64,000 nt of DNA from an uncultured delta proteobacterium (GCA_963769935.1 CAVYNY010000011.1:96001-160000); one strand, 5' to 3'. Positions 42,241-54,016 are shown, counted from the first letter of the stretch. Program-made: numbers and translations. Notes: generated by a model from the letters alone, not told the origin.

Positions 42241-42514
42241 GCTATATTCTATCGAAATTGATCTGCTGGTCAACCTTCAGCCGGTGTATTATATTTATAA
42301 TACCAATCATTAATCCCGGCCTGGATCACACACGGCTGTCCGGTTCGCAGGTTCCGGTTGGAAGATATCATCGATCCTTCACGGCTCGATACGCCTGCGA
42401 TGGGTTTGCGTTCCTCCAGTTTTGCATGTTGCGCCTCTATTGACGAATCCTGCCGTCCAGCTGCCGCCGGTTTGTCGACCGGGCCGGCAACAGACGCCAA
42501 ACAGAGAATGAGCC

Positions 42515-45130
42515 ATGCAAAACGATTCCGATATCAGCAGCTTATCTACGTTCAGCCACCGGTTGTTCGCAGATCAGGTACATAAACAATACGAAAATAC
42601 CGTTTTAGGGTCTGCGGCGACACTCATCAACGGCACAATCTTGGTTTTCATCCTCAGAGCCCATGTTCAACACAAGACCCTGCTTATTTGGCTTGCCGGT
42701 GCGGTTATTGTGAGTGCCTCCCGCCTGGTGGTGCACCGGTCCTACCGCAAGTCCCTCACCCAATATTCAAATCCGGAGAAATGGAACGTCTGGTTCAGCG
42801 GGACCCTTTTTCTAGCCGGGATTCTATGGGGGTCGGCCGCCGTTTTTCTTTTTCCATCCGATTCAATCGGCCATCAGGCTTTTATCGCATTCGTTACAGG
42901 TGGAATGGTGGCCGGAGCCGTTGGCGCATTTACCGCAGTAATTGCGGCATTTTTCATTTTCAGTATTCCGGCCCTGCTCCCGATATGTGTCCGGTTTTTG
43001 CTGCTCGGCAGCGGAATGCATCTCGCCATGGGCGCCATGGTATTTCTTTTTCTGCTGATCATCAGCCTGACGGCCCTCCGGATGCATAAAGATATCATTC
43101 ACCTGCTGTCGTTAAAGTACGAAAAAAGCGCGCTTGTCGTCGGCTTGCAGCTGGAAGTCGACCAGCGGAAGAAGGCCGAGGAAAGCCTGCGCCGGCAAAA
43201 AGAACAAGTCGAAGAGATCGTGGCGCAGCGCACTGTTCAATTGAGAAATGCGAACCTGCGGCTCCAGGCTATCCTCGGCTATGCGCCCCTCTTAATCTGG
43301 GCCATTGATCAGGAAGGCATTTTGACGTTTTCCGAAGGGAAGGGGTTGGAAAGGATAGGTTTTGCGCCCGGAAAGTCGGTGGGAAAATCTGTATTCGAAT
43401 TATTTGCCGAAAACGGGCCGATCATCGATATTACGCGCCGTGTGCTGGCCGGTGAGTTTATTTCCGATACAATCCAATTCAGGGATGTTTTTTTCGAAGT
43501 CCGCTATCAACCCATGACGGGCGCCGGCGATCATTTGGTCGGCGCCATCGGCGTCGCCATTGATGTGACCGAACAAACAGCGGCCAGGGAGGCCTTGCGC
43601 AAAAGCGAGGAAAAATATCGAGAGCTGGTGGAAAACATCAATGATGTTCTTTATGCTATCGACAGGAAGGGATTGATTACGTATATCAGCCCGGTGATTG
43701 AATCGGTGCTGGGATATCGAGCCGATGAGTTGATTGGAAAACGTTTTTTCGATTATATCTACAGCCAGGACCAGCCTCGCCTGAAGAGTGACTTTGCCAG
43801 GGCGATAGATGTATCAGGCAGTCCGAGCGAATACCGATTTTTAGACAAAAGCGGTGAAACAAAGTGGTGTCGTGTAAGCTCCCGCCCCATATCGGAAGGC
43901 CGCGAAAAAATCGGAATTCAAGGCGTGTTGGTCGATATCTCCCGGTCCAAGCGTTTAGAGGAGCAATTGCAGCGCGCCCAGAAAATGGAGGCACTGGGAA
44001 CCCTGGCCGGCGGTGTGGCCCATGACCTGAATAACATTTTAAGCGGACTCGTCAGCTACCCGGAATTGCTTTTGATGGATTTGCCTCCGGACAGCGCCCT
44101 ACGGCGACCGCTGACCACCATCAAAAAATCAGGTGAAAACGCTGCAGCCATCGTTCAGGATCTGTTGACGCTCGCCCGCAGAGGGATTGCCGCCAGTGAA
44201 TTGATAAACCTGAATCAAATTGTTAAGGAATGCCTCGATTCCCCGGAAATCCAGTCTTTAATGCGCCTCTATCCAAATATTAACATTGCGACCGGTCTCC
44301 AACCTGATTTGTTTAACATCTATGGTTCCTCTATTCATATTTTTAAATCCTTATCCAATTTAATCTCCAATGCGGCTGAAGCCATGCCGAAAGGCGGCCG
44401 CATCGAGATTGCCACAACCAATCGCTATGCCGACAGAGTTGTTTCCGGGTTTGATACCGTAAAGGAAGGCGAGTACGCCGTCCTATCCGTTGCCGATTCA
44501 GGGATCGGGATTGCGGAGAGCGACAAGGTCAGAATTTTTGAGCCCTTTTATAGCAAGAAGGTCATCGGCCGGAGCGGATCGGGGCTCGGCATGGCTGTGG
44601 TTTGGGGGACGGTCAAAGATCACAACGGCTATATTGATCTTCGAAGCCGGGAGGGGCAGGGTACGCGGTTTGAATTGTTTTTCCCTGCCACGCGGGATCA
44701 ATTGCAAAAGAGTCAGGATTCCAAAGAACCACCGGATGTCACCGGCAACGGCGAATTCATTCTGGTCGTCGACGATATGCCGGCCCAGCGTGAGATCGCA
44801 ACAAGCATGCTCGAGCGATTGGGCTATCGCTCCCAAGCAGTGGCCAGCGGGGAGGAAGCGGTTGAATTTGTTCGGCAGCACACCGTCGACCTCGTAATTT
44901 TGGATATGATCATGGAGCCGGGAATTGACGGGTATGAAACCTACCGGCAAATCAGGAGCATCCGCCCGGCGCAAAAGGCTGTCATTGCCAGCGGTTATTC
45001 GGAAACCGAACGGGTGCGCAAAACTCAAGATGCAGGCGCCGGCAGATATATCAAGAAGCCATACACGCTTGCGGCGATCGGCAGTGTCATTAAAGAAGAA
45101 CTGCAAAGAAAAGAAAAGGGTGGGCTGTGA
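42515..45130 (+). CDS. Membrane-bound PAS hybrid sensor histidine kinase/receiver
   Basis: N-terminal TMs, two PAS, AHDLNN H-box, NL.SNA.EAM, D.G.GI, GSGLG, receiver DMIM/KP. Confidence 0.95.
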   Translation: MQNDSDISSLSTFSHRLFADQVHKQYENTVLGSAATLINGTILVFILRAHVQHKTLLIWLAGAVIVSASRLVVHRSYRKSLTQYSNPEKWNVWFSGTLFLAGILWGSAAVFLFPSDSIGHQAFIAFVTGGMVAGAVGAFTAVIAAFFIFSIPALLPICVRFLLLGSGMHLAMGAMVFLFLLIISLTALRMHKDIIHLLSLKYEKSALVVGLQLEVDQRKKAEESLRRQKEQVEEIVAQRTVQLRNANLRLQAILGYAPLLIWAIDQEGILTFSEGKGLERIGFAPGKSVGKSVFELFAENGPIIDITRRVLAGEFISDTIQFRDVFFEVRYQPMTGAGDHLVGAIGVAIDVTEQTAAREALRKSEEKYRELVENINDVLYAIDRKGLITYISPVIESVLGYRADELIGKRFFDYIYSQDQPRLKSDFARAIDVSGSPSEYRFLDKSGETKWCRVSSRPISEGREKIGIQGVLVDISRSKRLEEQLQRAQKMEALGTLAGGVAHDLNNILSGLVSYPELLLMDLPPDSALRRPLTTIKKSGENAAAIVQDLLTLARRGIAASELINLNQIVKECLDSPEIQSLMRLYPNINIATGLQPDLFNIYGSSIHIFKSLSNLISNAAEAMPKGGRIEIATTNRYADRVVSGFDTVKEGEYAVLSVADSGIGIAESDKVRIFEPFYSKKVIGRSGSGLGMAVVWGTVKDHNGYIDLRSREGQGTRFELFFPATRDQLQKSQDSKEPPDVTGNGEFILVVDDMPAQREIATSMLERLGYRSQAVASGEEAVEFVRQHTVDLVILDMIMEPGIDGYETYRQIRSIRPAQKAVIASGYSETERVRKTQDAGAGRYIKKPYTLAAIGSVIKEELQRKEKGGL

Positions 45131-45282
45131 TTCGATCGGTGTCTAGCCACGCCTAAAGCTCTTCTTTCTCAAGTCTAAGCTGTAGCAGTTCAGCGAAGTT
45201 TCCGTCAACCGTGCTGAAAAGTGGATCAGTCCATCGCGTATCCTGGTGGCTGTAGCATAAGAATACAGCAGGCTTTTTCATG

Positions 45283-46101
45283 TTAAATCCTTTTGGTTTT
45301 ACCATTTCCCGGACAGTTATTCCGGGACATGCGTTCGGAAGGATCCTGACGGTAGAATTCCTTCAAAACCCGGTAAAGGTCCGGTGCCTGCTGAATCATT
45401 AACCGCGGTCGATCGAAGAATTGCTCTGTGGCGACGGCGAAAAATTCCGCTTCGCTGGTCGCGCCGTAGGCATTGAGGAAAGATTCCTGGCCCTTATTGA
45501 TGTCGTTTTTGAGACGCAGATATTCACGCGAACATGTCAGGACCCAGTCGCGGTACTCAGCCCGGTCGTGCAGGGGAGGTGTGCCGTCGGCCGCGCCGTC
45601 GAGCATGTCCAGTTTATGGGCAAATTCGTGGTAAATTACGTTGTGACCGGACTCAGGATGGCGGCCGCCGCGCAGGGCGGCATCCCAGATAATAATTACC
45701 GGCCCCTGCCGGAAGGCCTGTCCGATGATGGGAGCCTCGACCTTTAAGGGTGACAATGAATTTTCAAAGAAACCGGGATTGCGTTGCGGCGGGACAACCG
45801 TCGAGGGATAGACGATGATGGACTCGACATTCCGGTAGAAGTTGTGCGGCAGGCCCAGAACCAGCAGACAGGCCTGAGCGGAGATTGTGACGCGAATCTC
45901 GTCGGTTAGTTCCAGTCCGCCGGCTCCTTCCCAATTTTTTTCGGCGATAAATACCTGGATCAAGGCCTGCAGGTGGGCCCGCTCGGCATCTTCCAGCATG
46001 CAGTAGTGGGCCACATTGCGGCGGATAATGTCCTCCCATAAGGGAGGGAAAGGCGCCTGGATGAGCTTTTTTCGGCGACGATCGATAAACCAATGGAACA
46101 T
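45283..46101 (-). CDS. MtfA family zinc-dependent peptidase (M90)
   Basis: I.AQACL, IIVYP, NVIYHEFAHKLD, AYGAT..AEFFAV.TE.FF. Confidence 0.93.
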   Translation of the reverse strand: MFHWFIDRRRKKLIQAPFPPLWEDIIRRNVAHYCMLEDAERAHLQALIQVFIAEKNWEGAGGLELTDEIRVTISAQACLLVLGLPHNFYRNVESIIVYPSTVVPPQRNPGFFENSLSPLKVEAPIIGQAFRQGPVIIIWDAALRGGRHPESGHNVIYHEFAHKLDMLDGAADGTPPLHDRAEYRDWVLTCSREYLRLKNDINKGQESFLNAYGATSEAEFFAVATEQFFDRPRLMIQQAPDLYRVLKEFYRQDPSERMSRNNCPGNGKTKRI

Positions 46102-46110
46102 TGGAATTTC

Positions 46111-46270
46111 CTATCGATGATGGATGGCAAAACCGGAGACAACAACGTCGAACGGCAGGTACGATGCGACAACATCCGTCCACTGCGGCGTCGAGAAATC
46201 TGCCTGGAAGACGCGAGTCTGCAGCACATCGCCTAAGTTTTTCCGCGCTGCCTCGAGACTCGGCGAAACC
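46111..46270 (-). pseudogene. Class I methyltransferase remnant
   Basis: SP.LEAARKNL, QADFSTP.W, FDVVVSGFAIHH then stop. Confidence 0.6.
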
Positions 46271-46384
46271 TTGAATGGCAAAGCCGGCAGCGGCAAGGCT
46301 TTCAAGGAACTCGGCTGTTGAGAACATCTCGTTTTAAGGATGGTCAAGCAGTCCCTTCCATATCGATCTTATTGAGTTTCATGT

Positions 46385-47404
46385 TTATCCAATATTCACG
46401 TTTGAGGCTGATGGGCCAGAGGTAAGCTTCGGTGCCAGGTAGCCCGCCTGGCTGAACCCCATAAGCGCCACCAGGGGCCAGGGCACGTCCCAAATCACTC
46501 CGTCGAGGATGCTCTTCGAGACAAAGATCACAAGCAGCAGCAGCGTCCAGAACAGCATCTGCGCTTTCGCCAGGGACAATTCCGGCGGCTGCCCCGGGGT
46601 GAAGGTGCGGATGAGGTCGGCGAAATCCGGAGAAAATTGAGTCGCGGCGCCGCTCGTCGTCGCCGCCTGCTGTTTCTTAGCGTCCTGGAAATAGCTGACT
46701 CCGCCGGTGACGAGCGAGGCACCCATAAGGGCCAGCAGCGAAGTGGGGATATCCGGCACTTCGAATTTCAGCATCCCGTAGCCGAGGACAACGCCGCCGA
46801 TAAACACTGTCCAGCAGGCGACCTGCGTCTGTGAAAGGGAGAGATGTCCGTCCACGCCGGTCAGAAGCTGAAGCGGGTTTCCCTTTTTTCGCCAGGAGAG
46901 CAAGACGATCAGGAGCACTGCAATCCCCACGAAGGCGAAGGTCCACCCGATGACGGCGACGATGTTGCCCAGATTGACATCGCTGGGCGAGATGACGAGG
47001 TGTTCCGAGCCGTCCTCAATCCAGCTGACAACGGGCATTACGCGCAGCATTGCCTTGTAGTCGAAATCCAGGCCGCTGAGGTCAAAAAGCAAAAGCGTCC
47101 CCTTGCGGCGAATGTCTTGACCGCCCACCTGCTCGACCCATTCCTGTCCGGGGGCCACGGTGCTGGGTTTAAGGGGCAGGCTCTCGTCCACCGCCTTCTT
47201 CGTCACGGCGTGACTGCGGAGCAGCCGAAGTGTTGGCTTCTGATCGACGGAAATATCGTGGGTGACGTAGACCCGAATGGTATGAGACTTGAGTTGCCCA
47301 TCGGGCATAAAGAGCTGGGGAGTCTCTCCGCCACTTGCCGCAAAGGTTGCCGGCAGGGGCGAGGCCAGCCATACCAGAAGGAACCATAACGCGCGATTCG
47401 TCAT
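46385..47404 (-). CDS. Membrane protein with signal peptide, periplasmic domain and duplicated SL...Q...WT / P..L.ALMG.S module
   Basis: Two copies of the module at the C-terminus; function not recognised. Confidence 0.8.
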   Translation of the reverse strand: MTNRALWFLLVWLASPLPATFAASGGETPQLFMPDGQLKSHTIRVYVTHDISVDQKPTLRLLRSHAVTKKAVDESLPLKPSTVAPGQEWVEQVGGQDIRRKGTLLLFDLSGLDFDYKAMLRVMPVVSWIEDGSEHLVISPSDVNLGNIVAVIGWTFAFVGIAVLLIVLLSWRKKGNPLQLLTGVDGHLSLSQTQVACWTVFIGGVVLGYGMLKFEVPDIPTSLLALMGASLVTGGVSYFQDAKKQQAATTSGAATQFSPDFADLIRTFTPGQPPELSLAKAQMLFWTLLLLVIFVSKSILDGVIWDVPWPLVALMGFSQAGYLAPKLTSGPSASNVNIG

Positions 47405-47994
47405 AAATGCTCCTTTTATGCTTGGCGGGGAGGCTTTCACAAGCAAAGAATCCTGGCCCGGAGAACCAAGTTTTCAATGTTGGAATAAAGACGCCTGCGC
47501 TTTTCCTTGCCAATTGTTCTTTTAGAATATTCGACGCGATCGTGTCCTGATTTCATATTAAAATAAGTTTAGCGATGATTTTTGGCAAGAACAATATGTG
47601 ATTTTGATCCAAAAAGTCTTCAAAGCTCTGAACTTGGGCAACAGCCCGTCAAGATTTGATCGCGACCGATCCAGGCTGTTTTTTTATTGACAAACAAGCA
47701 GTGCTTTGCCATACACTGATCCCTTGAAAGAAAGTTCTTGCCTTTTTCCCTCGGTAATGCCGCAGTGTCCTGGTGGCCGGTCTTTTAATGCCGAAACTGG
47801 CGGCTGCGTGGCGCATCTATCATGTCAACATTTTTCGCCTGGATTCGCCGTAATGCTGAGAGTCCCGACCTTCGAAGGCGACATCCTGACCATCGAGCCG
47901 CCTGCCGCCGGCAATCTCCAGCCGCCCCGACCGTTGAAACGAGTCAAATGATCCCCGAGATCAACCCACCAAACAGGAAAAGGAGGATTCGGTT

Positions 47995-49659
47995 ATGAAG
48001 CCTATTGTCAAAGGTTTTCCGGCAACAACCCAAGACGAATACCAACTCAATGTGACCACCATCCTCAGGCAGGCCGCCGGCAGCTTCGGCAGCCAGGAGA
48101 TCGTCAGCCGACGGCACGACGGCAGCATGCTGCGCTATACATACAAAGAGGCTTACGGCCGCATTCAAAGATTGGCCAGTGCCCTGGAGGGCCTGGGGAT
48201 CAAGGCGGGAGACCGCATTGGGGTGCTGGCTTGGAACACTTCTGAAAACTACGAAATTTACTTCGGCGTTCCCGGCATGGGCGCCGTCATGCTGCTGCTG
48301 AACTTGCGACTGGCGCCGCAGGATCTGAGTTACGTCATCAATCACAGCGGAGCCTCGCTGATCATTGTGGATGAAACCCTGCTGCGCCTGGTGGAGGCCG
48401 TCGCGCCCGGCTGTCCCGAAGTAAAAGGCTATGTCATCCTGACCCCTAAGAAGATCAGCGAAGTCCAGACGAAACTTTCACCGGTTTACTCTTATGAAGA
48501 GCTTGTCAACCAGGCGACCCCCGTTTACGACTGGCCGAACCTGGACGAGCGTTCAGCTTATGCGGCCTGCTATACCACCGGGACCACGGGCATGCCCAAA
48601 GGGGTCTACTACTCCCATCGCGATGTGTACCTGCACAGCAGTGCCATCGCCTTGGCTACAGAAATGTCCTTGCGGGACTGCTGCCTGCAAATCGTGCCGA
48701 TGTTTCATGCACTGGGCTGGGGTTTGTGTCAGGCCGCAACCATGGCGGGCTGCCGCATCATCATGTCGGGCATGTACACCCTCGAAACCCTGAATGTCCT
48801 GGCGGAGCTGTTCGTCAAGGAAAAGGTTACGGTAAGCGCCGGGGCTCCGGCGATTTTCGGACCTTTCCTGGAATATATCCGCACCCTGGAACAAAAACCG
48901 GACCTCGCCGGTGTACGCCTGCTCTCCGGCGCCACCGAACCGCCCGTTTCGCTCATGCAAGGCTTTTATGACCTCACCGGGGCCGAAATCATTCACGCCT
49001 ATGGTGCGACGGAGACGACACCGCTGGTAACCATCAACCGCATCAAACCCTGGCTGGAAGATACGCTGAGTCCGGAGGAAAAGTGGGACCTCAAGCGCAA
49101 GCAGGGCTACTGTGTCGTGGGGCTGGACGTCAAGGTAGTTGATCTGGAGGGCAACGAAGTGCCTTCCGACGGCCGGACGGTCGGCGAGATTCTCATCCGC
49201 GGCCCCTGGATCACCGGCCGATACCATGACGCGCCGGGCACCGAGGGCCAGTTTACCGAAGACGGCTTCTGGCGCAGCGGCGATGCCGGCACGATCGACG
49301 GCGAGGGCTACCTCAAGCTCACCGACCGCGTCAAGGATGTGATTAAGAGCGGCGGCGAGTGGATTTCGTCCGTGGACCTGGAAAACGCAATCGTCTCCCA
49401 TCCCGCGGTCCTGGAGGCGGCCGTCGTCGGTGTGGCGCACCCCAAATGGCAGGAACGCCCGCTGGCGATGGTGGTCCTGCGAGAGCAATTCAAGGGCCGG
49501 GTATCCGCCGATGACATCCGCGCTCATATTGCCAAGCGCTTCGCCAAGTGGCAGCTGCCGGACGAGGTCCTCTTCCTGGATTCCATACCGAAGACCAGCG
49601 TCGGGAAAATCAACAAAAAAGTCATCCGGCAGGAATACAAGGACATCTACACCGATTGA
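47995..49659 (+). CDS. Fatty-acid--CoA ligase (AMP-binding, DmdB/AlkK-like)
   Basis: [43 protein letters not shown]. Confidence 0.95.
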   Translation: MKPIVKGFPATTQDEYQLNVTTILRQAAGSFGSQEIVSRRHDGSMLRYTYKEAYGRIQRLASALEGLGIKAGDRIGVLAWNTSENYEIYFGVPGMGAVMLLLNLRLAPQDLSYVINHSGASLIIVDETLLRLVEAVAPGCPEVKGYVILTPKKISEVQTKLSPVYSYEELVNQATPVYDWPNLDERSAYAACYTTGTTGMPKGVYYSHRDVYLHSSAIALATEMSLRDCCLQIVPMFHALGWGLCQAATMAGCRIIMSGMYTLETLNVLAELFVKEKVTVSAGAPAIFGPFLEYIRTLEQKPDLAGVRLLSGATEPPVSLMQGFYDLTGAEIIHAYGATETTPLVTINRIKPWLEDTLSPEEKWDLKRKQGYCVVGLDVKVVDLEGNEVPSDGRTVGEILIRGPWITGRYHDAPGTEGQFTEDGFWRSGDAGTIDGEGYLKLTDRVKDVIKSGGEWISSVDLENAIVSHPAVLEAAVVGVAHPKWQERPLAMVVLREQFKGRVSADDIRAHIAKRFAKWQLPDEVLFLDSIPKTSVGKINKKVIRQEYKDIYTD

Positions 49660-49741
49660 TCGAGTGCCGCCGAAAAAGCGATGATAGGCGGGAGTATTGG
49701 ATCACCCCATGGCGGCACTGCCCCGGTATTCCCGGCACTAA

Positions 49742-49872
49742 GGGCTCACTCAAAAATAACTTCACATTTTATACGTCGCCGCATCGCGCCCGAGCTGCGT
49801 TGCGAAAGCTCGGAATGTCCAGATATTCCTGCGTTTTCGCGCCTTACCGGACGGGCGCCGCAACGCCTATAA
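49742..49872 (-). mobile_element. Truncated inverted copy of the MITE at 60782-60938
   Basis: GGGCTCACTCAAAAATAACTTCACATTTTATACG is the exact reverse complement of the right end of that element. Confidence 0.8.
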
Positions 49873-49913
49873 TAATCCAAACCCAACCCCTAACGCCGCA
49901 AAAATCATTTATC

Positions 49914-49979
49914 GTAGGGTGGGCATTGCCCACCAAATATCGCTGCGTCGACCGTTAACGGCGGGCAATGCCCACCCTC
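49914..49979. repeat. GTAG-type REP inverted pair (REPIN-like)
   Basis: GTAGGGTGGGCATTGCCCACC ... GGCGGGCAATGCCCACCCT. Confidence 0.82.
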
Positions 49980-50222
49980 CCGAGGTAGCGTTGGATTCAA
50001 TAGACAGTGAGCTGCAGATACAAAAGTGCAATTGAGTTTCCTGTCATTACACATGCGGTTTTATGAGCTGGAATCGGAACCTTACAGCCGCATTCATCCC
50101 ATATCCGGCCGAATTGACAAACATGAAAGCACTTTCAATCATTCTTGACGTCCAAGGAAAAAGACCGTACAGTAAGCGGTAGCCGGTTGAATTGGATTAA
50201 TCGGAACAAAAGGTGAGGATAG

Positions 50223-51374
50223 GTGCAAATAACCGTATTGGGTGCCGGTCTGGTGGGGAATGCCATTGTAAGGGATCTGGCCCTGGACAAACGTTTTGAT
50301 ATCATTGCTGTGGACCGGGATCAACACGCCTTAAACCGCCTGCAGCAAAAATGTTCGGCCCAAATTCTGCAGACGGATCTTGCTGAAGCAGGCCGGGTCG
50401 GGGAAATAGTGATCGAAAGCGACCTGGTAATTAATGCGGTGCCTGGATTCATGGGCTTTGAAACTTTGAAGCAGGTCATCGCCGCCGGGAAAAATGTCGT
50501 CGACATTTCATTTTTCGCCCAGGACGCTTTTCAGCTGGATGACCTGGCAAAGTCCAAAGGTGTCACGGTGGTGGTGGATTGCGGAGTGGCGCCGGGATTA
50601 TGCAATGTACTCTGCGGGCATGTCGACAACCGATTGGACCGCTTAGAGCATTACACCTGTTATGTCGGTGGATTGCCGGTCACTCGCAACTGGCCGTTCG
50701 AATATAAATCGGTTTTTTCGCCATCGGATGTAATCGAAGAATACACCCGTCCGTGCCGGTATCTTGAATACGGATGCGAGGTGGTCCGGCCGGCGCTTTC
50801 GGATGCGGAGCTGATCGATTTTCCGGAAATCGGTACGCTGGAAGCGTTCAATACCGACGGTTTGCGAACCCTTCGCCAAACAATGAAGATTCCGAATATG
50901 AAGGAAAAAACGTTGCGCTACCCCGGCCACGCCAGTCTTATGCGGGCCTTCAGAGATAGCGGATTTTTCAGCCCGACCCCCATGCAGGTCGACGGGCGGT
51001 CCGTCCGTCCGCTTTCGGTTATATCGGCCCTTTTGTTTGCACAGTGGGAACTTCAGCCGGGAGATGAAGATTTCACGTTGCTGAAAGTTGTGGTCGACGG
51101 CTGGGAAAAAGAAAGCAAACGCCGCTATACTTATGATCTACTGGACAGATATGACCGCAAAACACAAACTACTTCCATGGCCCGGACAACCGGATATACT
51201 TGCAGCATCGTGGCCCGTCAGGTCCTTTCCGGAAAATTCACCCTGAAGGGGATTTGCCCGCCCGAGCTTATTGGACGTCAAGACGCATGCTTTGATGATT
51301 TGCTCGCAGGATACACCAAAAGGAACATCCGGCTGGTCGAAACCATAGATTCCCCTTCATTCACCGACAGTTAA
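50223..51374 (+). CDS. Saccharopine dehydrogenase family / lysine 6-dehydrogenase-like
   Basis: VLGAGLVG, DCGVAPG, YVGGLP, EAFNTDGLRT, EKTLRYPGH, TSMARTTG. Confidence 0.92.
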   Translation: MQITVLGAGLVGNAIVRDLALDKRFDIIAVDRDQHALNRLQQKCSAQILQTDLAEAGRVGEIVIESDLVINAVPGFMGFETLKQVIAAGKNVVDISFFAQDAFQLDDLAKSKGVTVVVDCGVAPGLCNVLCGHVDNRLDRLEHYTCYVGGLPVTRNWPFEYKSVFSPSDVIEEYTRPCRYLEYGCEVVRPALSDAELIDFPEIGTLEAFNTDGLRTLRQTMKIPNMKEKTLRYPGHASLMRAFRDSGFFSPTPMQVDGRSVRPLSVISALLFAQWELQPGDEDFTLLKVVVDGWEKESKRRYTYDLLDRYDRKTQTTSMARTTGYTCSIVARQVLSGKFTLKGICPPELIGRQDACFDDLLAGYTKRNIRLVETIDSPSFTDS

Positions 51375-51980
51375 TTTTATACCAAAGCCTATAAAAACAA
51401 TGCCTGCAAATCGTTCAATCCAAATCCGTGCGCTTCGATATATGCTCCGGAATTTGTCCAGAGAGAAAATATAGGCGACAAAAGCATACCAGATAGTCGA
51501 TATTAAAGACATCAGGGCCGCACTCATAAAGCCGATATAAAAAGCTGGATCTGAGGGCATCGTGGCCGCAAACAGACTGGCCACAAAAGCAGCAGATTTA
51601 GGGTTTGAGAGGTTCGTCAAAAGCCCTAATTTATAACTTCGCAATGCGTTAGAATTTGAGGTAAGGAACCGCCTTTCCCCGGACCTTTGTCCTGATTTCG
51701 ATTTAATAAGTCTTGCGCCGAGATAAATAAGATAGGCGCCGCCAAGCAGCTTCAGGAAAATATAGATCCACGGTACGGTTCGAAACAACAAATTTATTCC
51801 CCAAAAACCGCACAACCCCCAAATGATCGTACCCGTACTGATTCCAAGCACCACAAATAGGGCAGAACGGCGGGACCCGCCAATCGCGGTCTGTACGGTT
51901 ATAAAAAAGTTCGGACCCGGCGTTATGACGGCAATACCCCAAATGAATGCAACGCTTAATAAAATGATTGATAATTCCAC
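51357..51980 (-). CDS. LysE/RhtB family translocator
   Basis: TPGPNF, GGAYL.YLG, G..TNLSNPK. Confidence 0.93.
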   Translation of the reverse strand: MELSIILLSVAFIWGIAVITPGPNFFITVQTAIGGSRRSALFVVLGISTGTIIWGLCGFWGINLLFRTVPWIYIFLKLLGGAYLIYLGARLIKSKSGQRSGERRFLTSNSNALRSYKLGLLTNLSNPKSAAFVASLFAATMPSDPAFYIGFMSAALMSLISTIWYAFVAYIFSLDKFRSIYRSARIWIERFAGIVFIGFGIKLTVGE

Positions 51981-52279
51981 TGTTCATTCCCATGATTCGT
52001 GGTTATTCGTGTCCATTCGTGGCTAATTCATATTTGGAAAAGACTAAAATCATATGTTAGTTTAAGTTTGATGGATATTGCCGCGCGGTTGCCCCCCAAG
52101 CAACTCATTTCAAACAAATTGCCGATTTACTCATTCTTAATTTATCCGGTTCTCCTAATACCGTCAAACAGCATATCCCGAGCCTATTTTTCGGCTCCAG
52201 ACGCCCTTCTTGCGGCCCATTTGGGCGTCCAAAATGTTGCCTGTTATTCACTATGCAAGCTTTGAACCCCTTTTCTTTG

Positions 52280-52401
52280 ATGATAATGACGCCCTTCTCA
52301 TACACCAGGGGCCGCCGGGGTCTGCTCTGCGAATTCTTATCGACCCTGATCCCGGGCATCGGGGCCTCGTTGACCCCTTCCGCCGTTGCCAGGCGGTCCA
52401 T
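52280..52401 (-). pseudogene. AraC (YqhC-like) regulator N-terminal remnant, divergent from the aldo/keto reductase
   Basis: EG.NE..MPGI......SRPR.PLVYE.GVIII then unrelated sequence. Confidence 0.55.
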
Positions 52402-52489
52402 CTGTGTTTATTGTTGCATATAGCGCATGTGTCAAAGATAAGATGCGTCTGTTGTTTTTCAATCCATGAAACAAAGGAGGACTTCTACG

Positions 52490-53518
52490 ATGCAGTACAA
52501 ACAACTCGGCAGAACGGGATTGTTCGTCTCGGAATTGTGTTTCGGAACCATGACATTCGGCGGAAAAGGCTTCTGGCGGGCGATCGGTCAGCTGCCCCAG
52601 GACGCTGCGGACAATCTGATCGCCCGTGTGCTGGAGGCGGGCATCACCTTTATTGATACGGCCAATATCTACTCCGAAGGGGAGTCTGAAACGATTCTGG
52701 GGAAGGCTCTGGGAAATCGCCGCAAGGATGTGGTGCTGGCAACGAAAGTGTTCGGCCGCATGGGGCCGGGGCCCAATGAACTCGGCCTGTCCCGCGGTCA
52801 TATCATGCGGGCGGTTGAAGACAGCCTGACCCGTCTTGGAACGGACTACATCGACCTGTATCAGATTCACGGGTTCGACCCGCTCACCCCCATGGAGGAA
52901 ACTTTGCGGACCCTGGACGACCTGGTGCACTCCGGCAAGGTGCGCTACATCGGATGTTCCAACCTGGCTGCCTGGCAATTAATGAAATCGCTCTGGGTGT
53001 CGGATAAATACAACCTGCACCGCTTTGAAAGCCTGCAAGCTTACTACACCATTGCCGCCCGGGATCTTGAGCGGGACGTCGTGCCGGTTCTGCAGGACCA
53101 GAACCTGGGCCTGATGGTCTGGAGCCCCCTGGCGGGCGGGCTTTTATCCGGCAAATACGACCGCGACGGCAAAGGGCCGGGAGGCGCCCGCCGCGTTGAA
53201 TTCGACTTTCCGCCGGTTGACAAGGACCATGCCTTCAACATTGTGGACGTGATGCGGGAAATCGCCGCTGACAGGAATGCCTCCGTGGCGCAGATCGCCT
53301 TGAGCTGGCTGCTGCACCAGCCGGTGGTCACCAGCGTGATCATCGGAGTTAAAACCCCGGAGCAACTGGCCGACAACCTCGCGGCACCGGCTGTGAACCT
53401 GTCCGCCGATGATCTGGCGCGTTTGAATGCGGTCAGCGCACTACCCGCCGAGTATCCCGGCTGGATGCTCCACCGGCAATCCACGAACCGCTTGCCGCAG
53501 ACAGCGCAAGACGCCTGA
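52490..53518 (+). CDS. Aldo/keto reductase
   Basis: LG.TGL.VS.LCFGTMTFG, IDTANIYS, ATKV, YIDLYQIH, WSPLAGG.LSGKY. Confidence 0.95.
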   Translation: MQYKQLGRTGLFVSELCFGTMTFGGKGFWRAIGQLPQDAADNLIARVLEAGITFIDTANIYSEGESETILGKALGNRRKDVVLATKVFGRMGPGPNELGLSRGHIMRAVEDSLTRLGTDYIDLYQIHGFDPLTPMEETLRTLDDLVHSGKVRYIGCSNLAAWQLMKSLWVSDKYNLHRFESLQAYYTIAARDLERDVVPVLQDQNLGLMVWSPLAGGLLSGKYDRDGKGPGGARRVEFDFPPVDKDHAFNIVDVMREIAADRNASVAQIALSWLLHQPVVTSVIIGVKTPEQLADNLAAPAVNLSADDLARLNAVSALPAEYPGWMLHRQSTNRLPQTAQDA

Positions 53519-53569
53519 GCACCTGCAACGGTTCTCATTGCCAATTTTCAATTTTAAAATCCGAATGCT

Positions 53570-53850
53570 TTAAATGGAATCCAGCAGCCGCCGGCCCCCG
53601 CAGAAGACATCCGACCCGGGGCCATCCGCCAGGGTCGCCAGGGTGATGTCGAGTTGCGCTGCAAGCTGCACTGCCAGGGCCGTGGGGCGCGATAAGACCA
53701 GAATGACCGGAGTGCGGGCCCGGGCTGCTTTTTGAACAAGCTCATAGCTGATGCGCGCTGACAGGGTCAGCAGGGCGGCCTTAGCGAGTGTTTGGGCAAG
53801 CAATGCTTTGCCGATGGCTTTATCGAGCGCGTTGTGCCGTCCGACATCCT
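53570..53850 (-). pseudogene. fdhD: FdhD (formate dehydrogenase accessory sulfurtransferase) C-terminal remnant
   Basis: DVGRHNALDKAIG, S.RISYELVQKA, S.PTALAV; N-terminal two-thirds missing. Confidence 0.82.
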
Positions 53851-54016
53851 ATTTGACTATCTTAATGTAGGGGACCCGCTTTCTGACCTCTTCAAGTTTG
53901 GATTTTAATTCAGCCTGGTCAATATTTTCTTCTGCGCCCCTGCCGAGCGGACCTAATTTTCTGACTCCCTTTGAAAAATCATTCCGGAACTATTGAGCAG
54001 GCGCGGGGGGTGCAAA

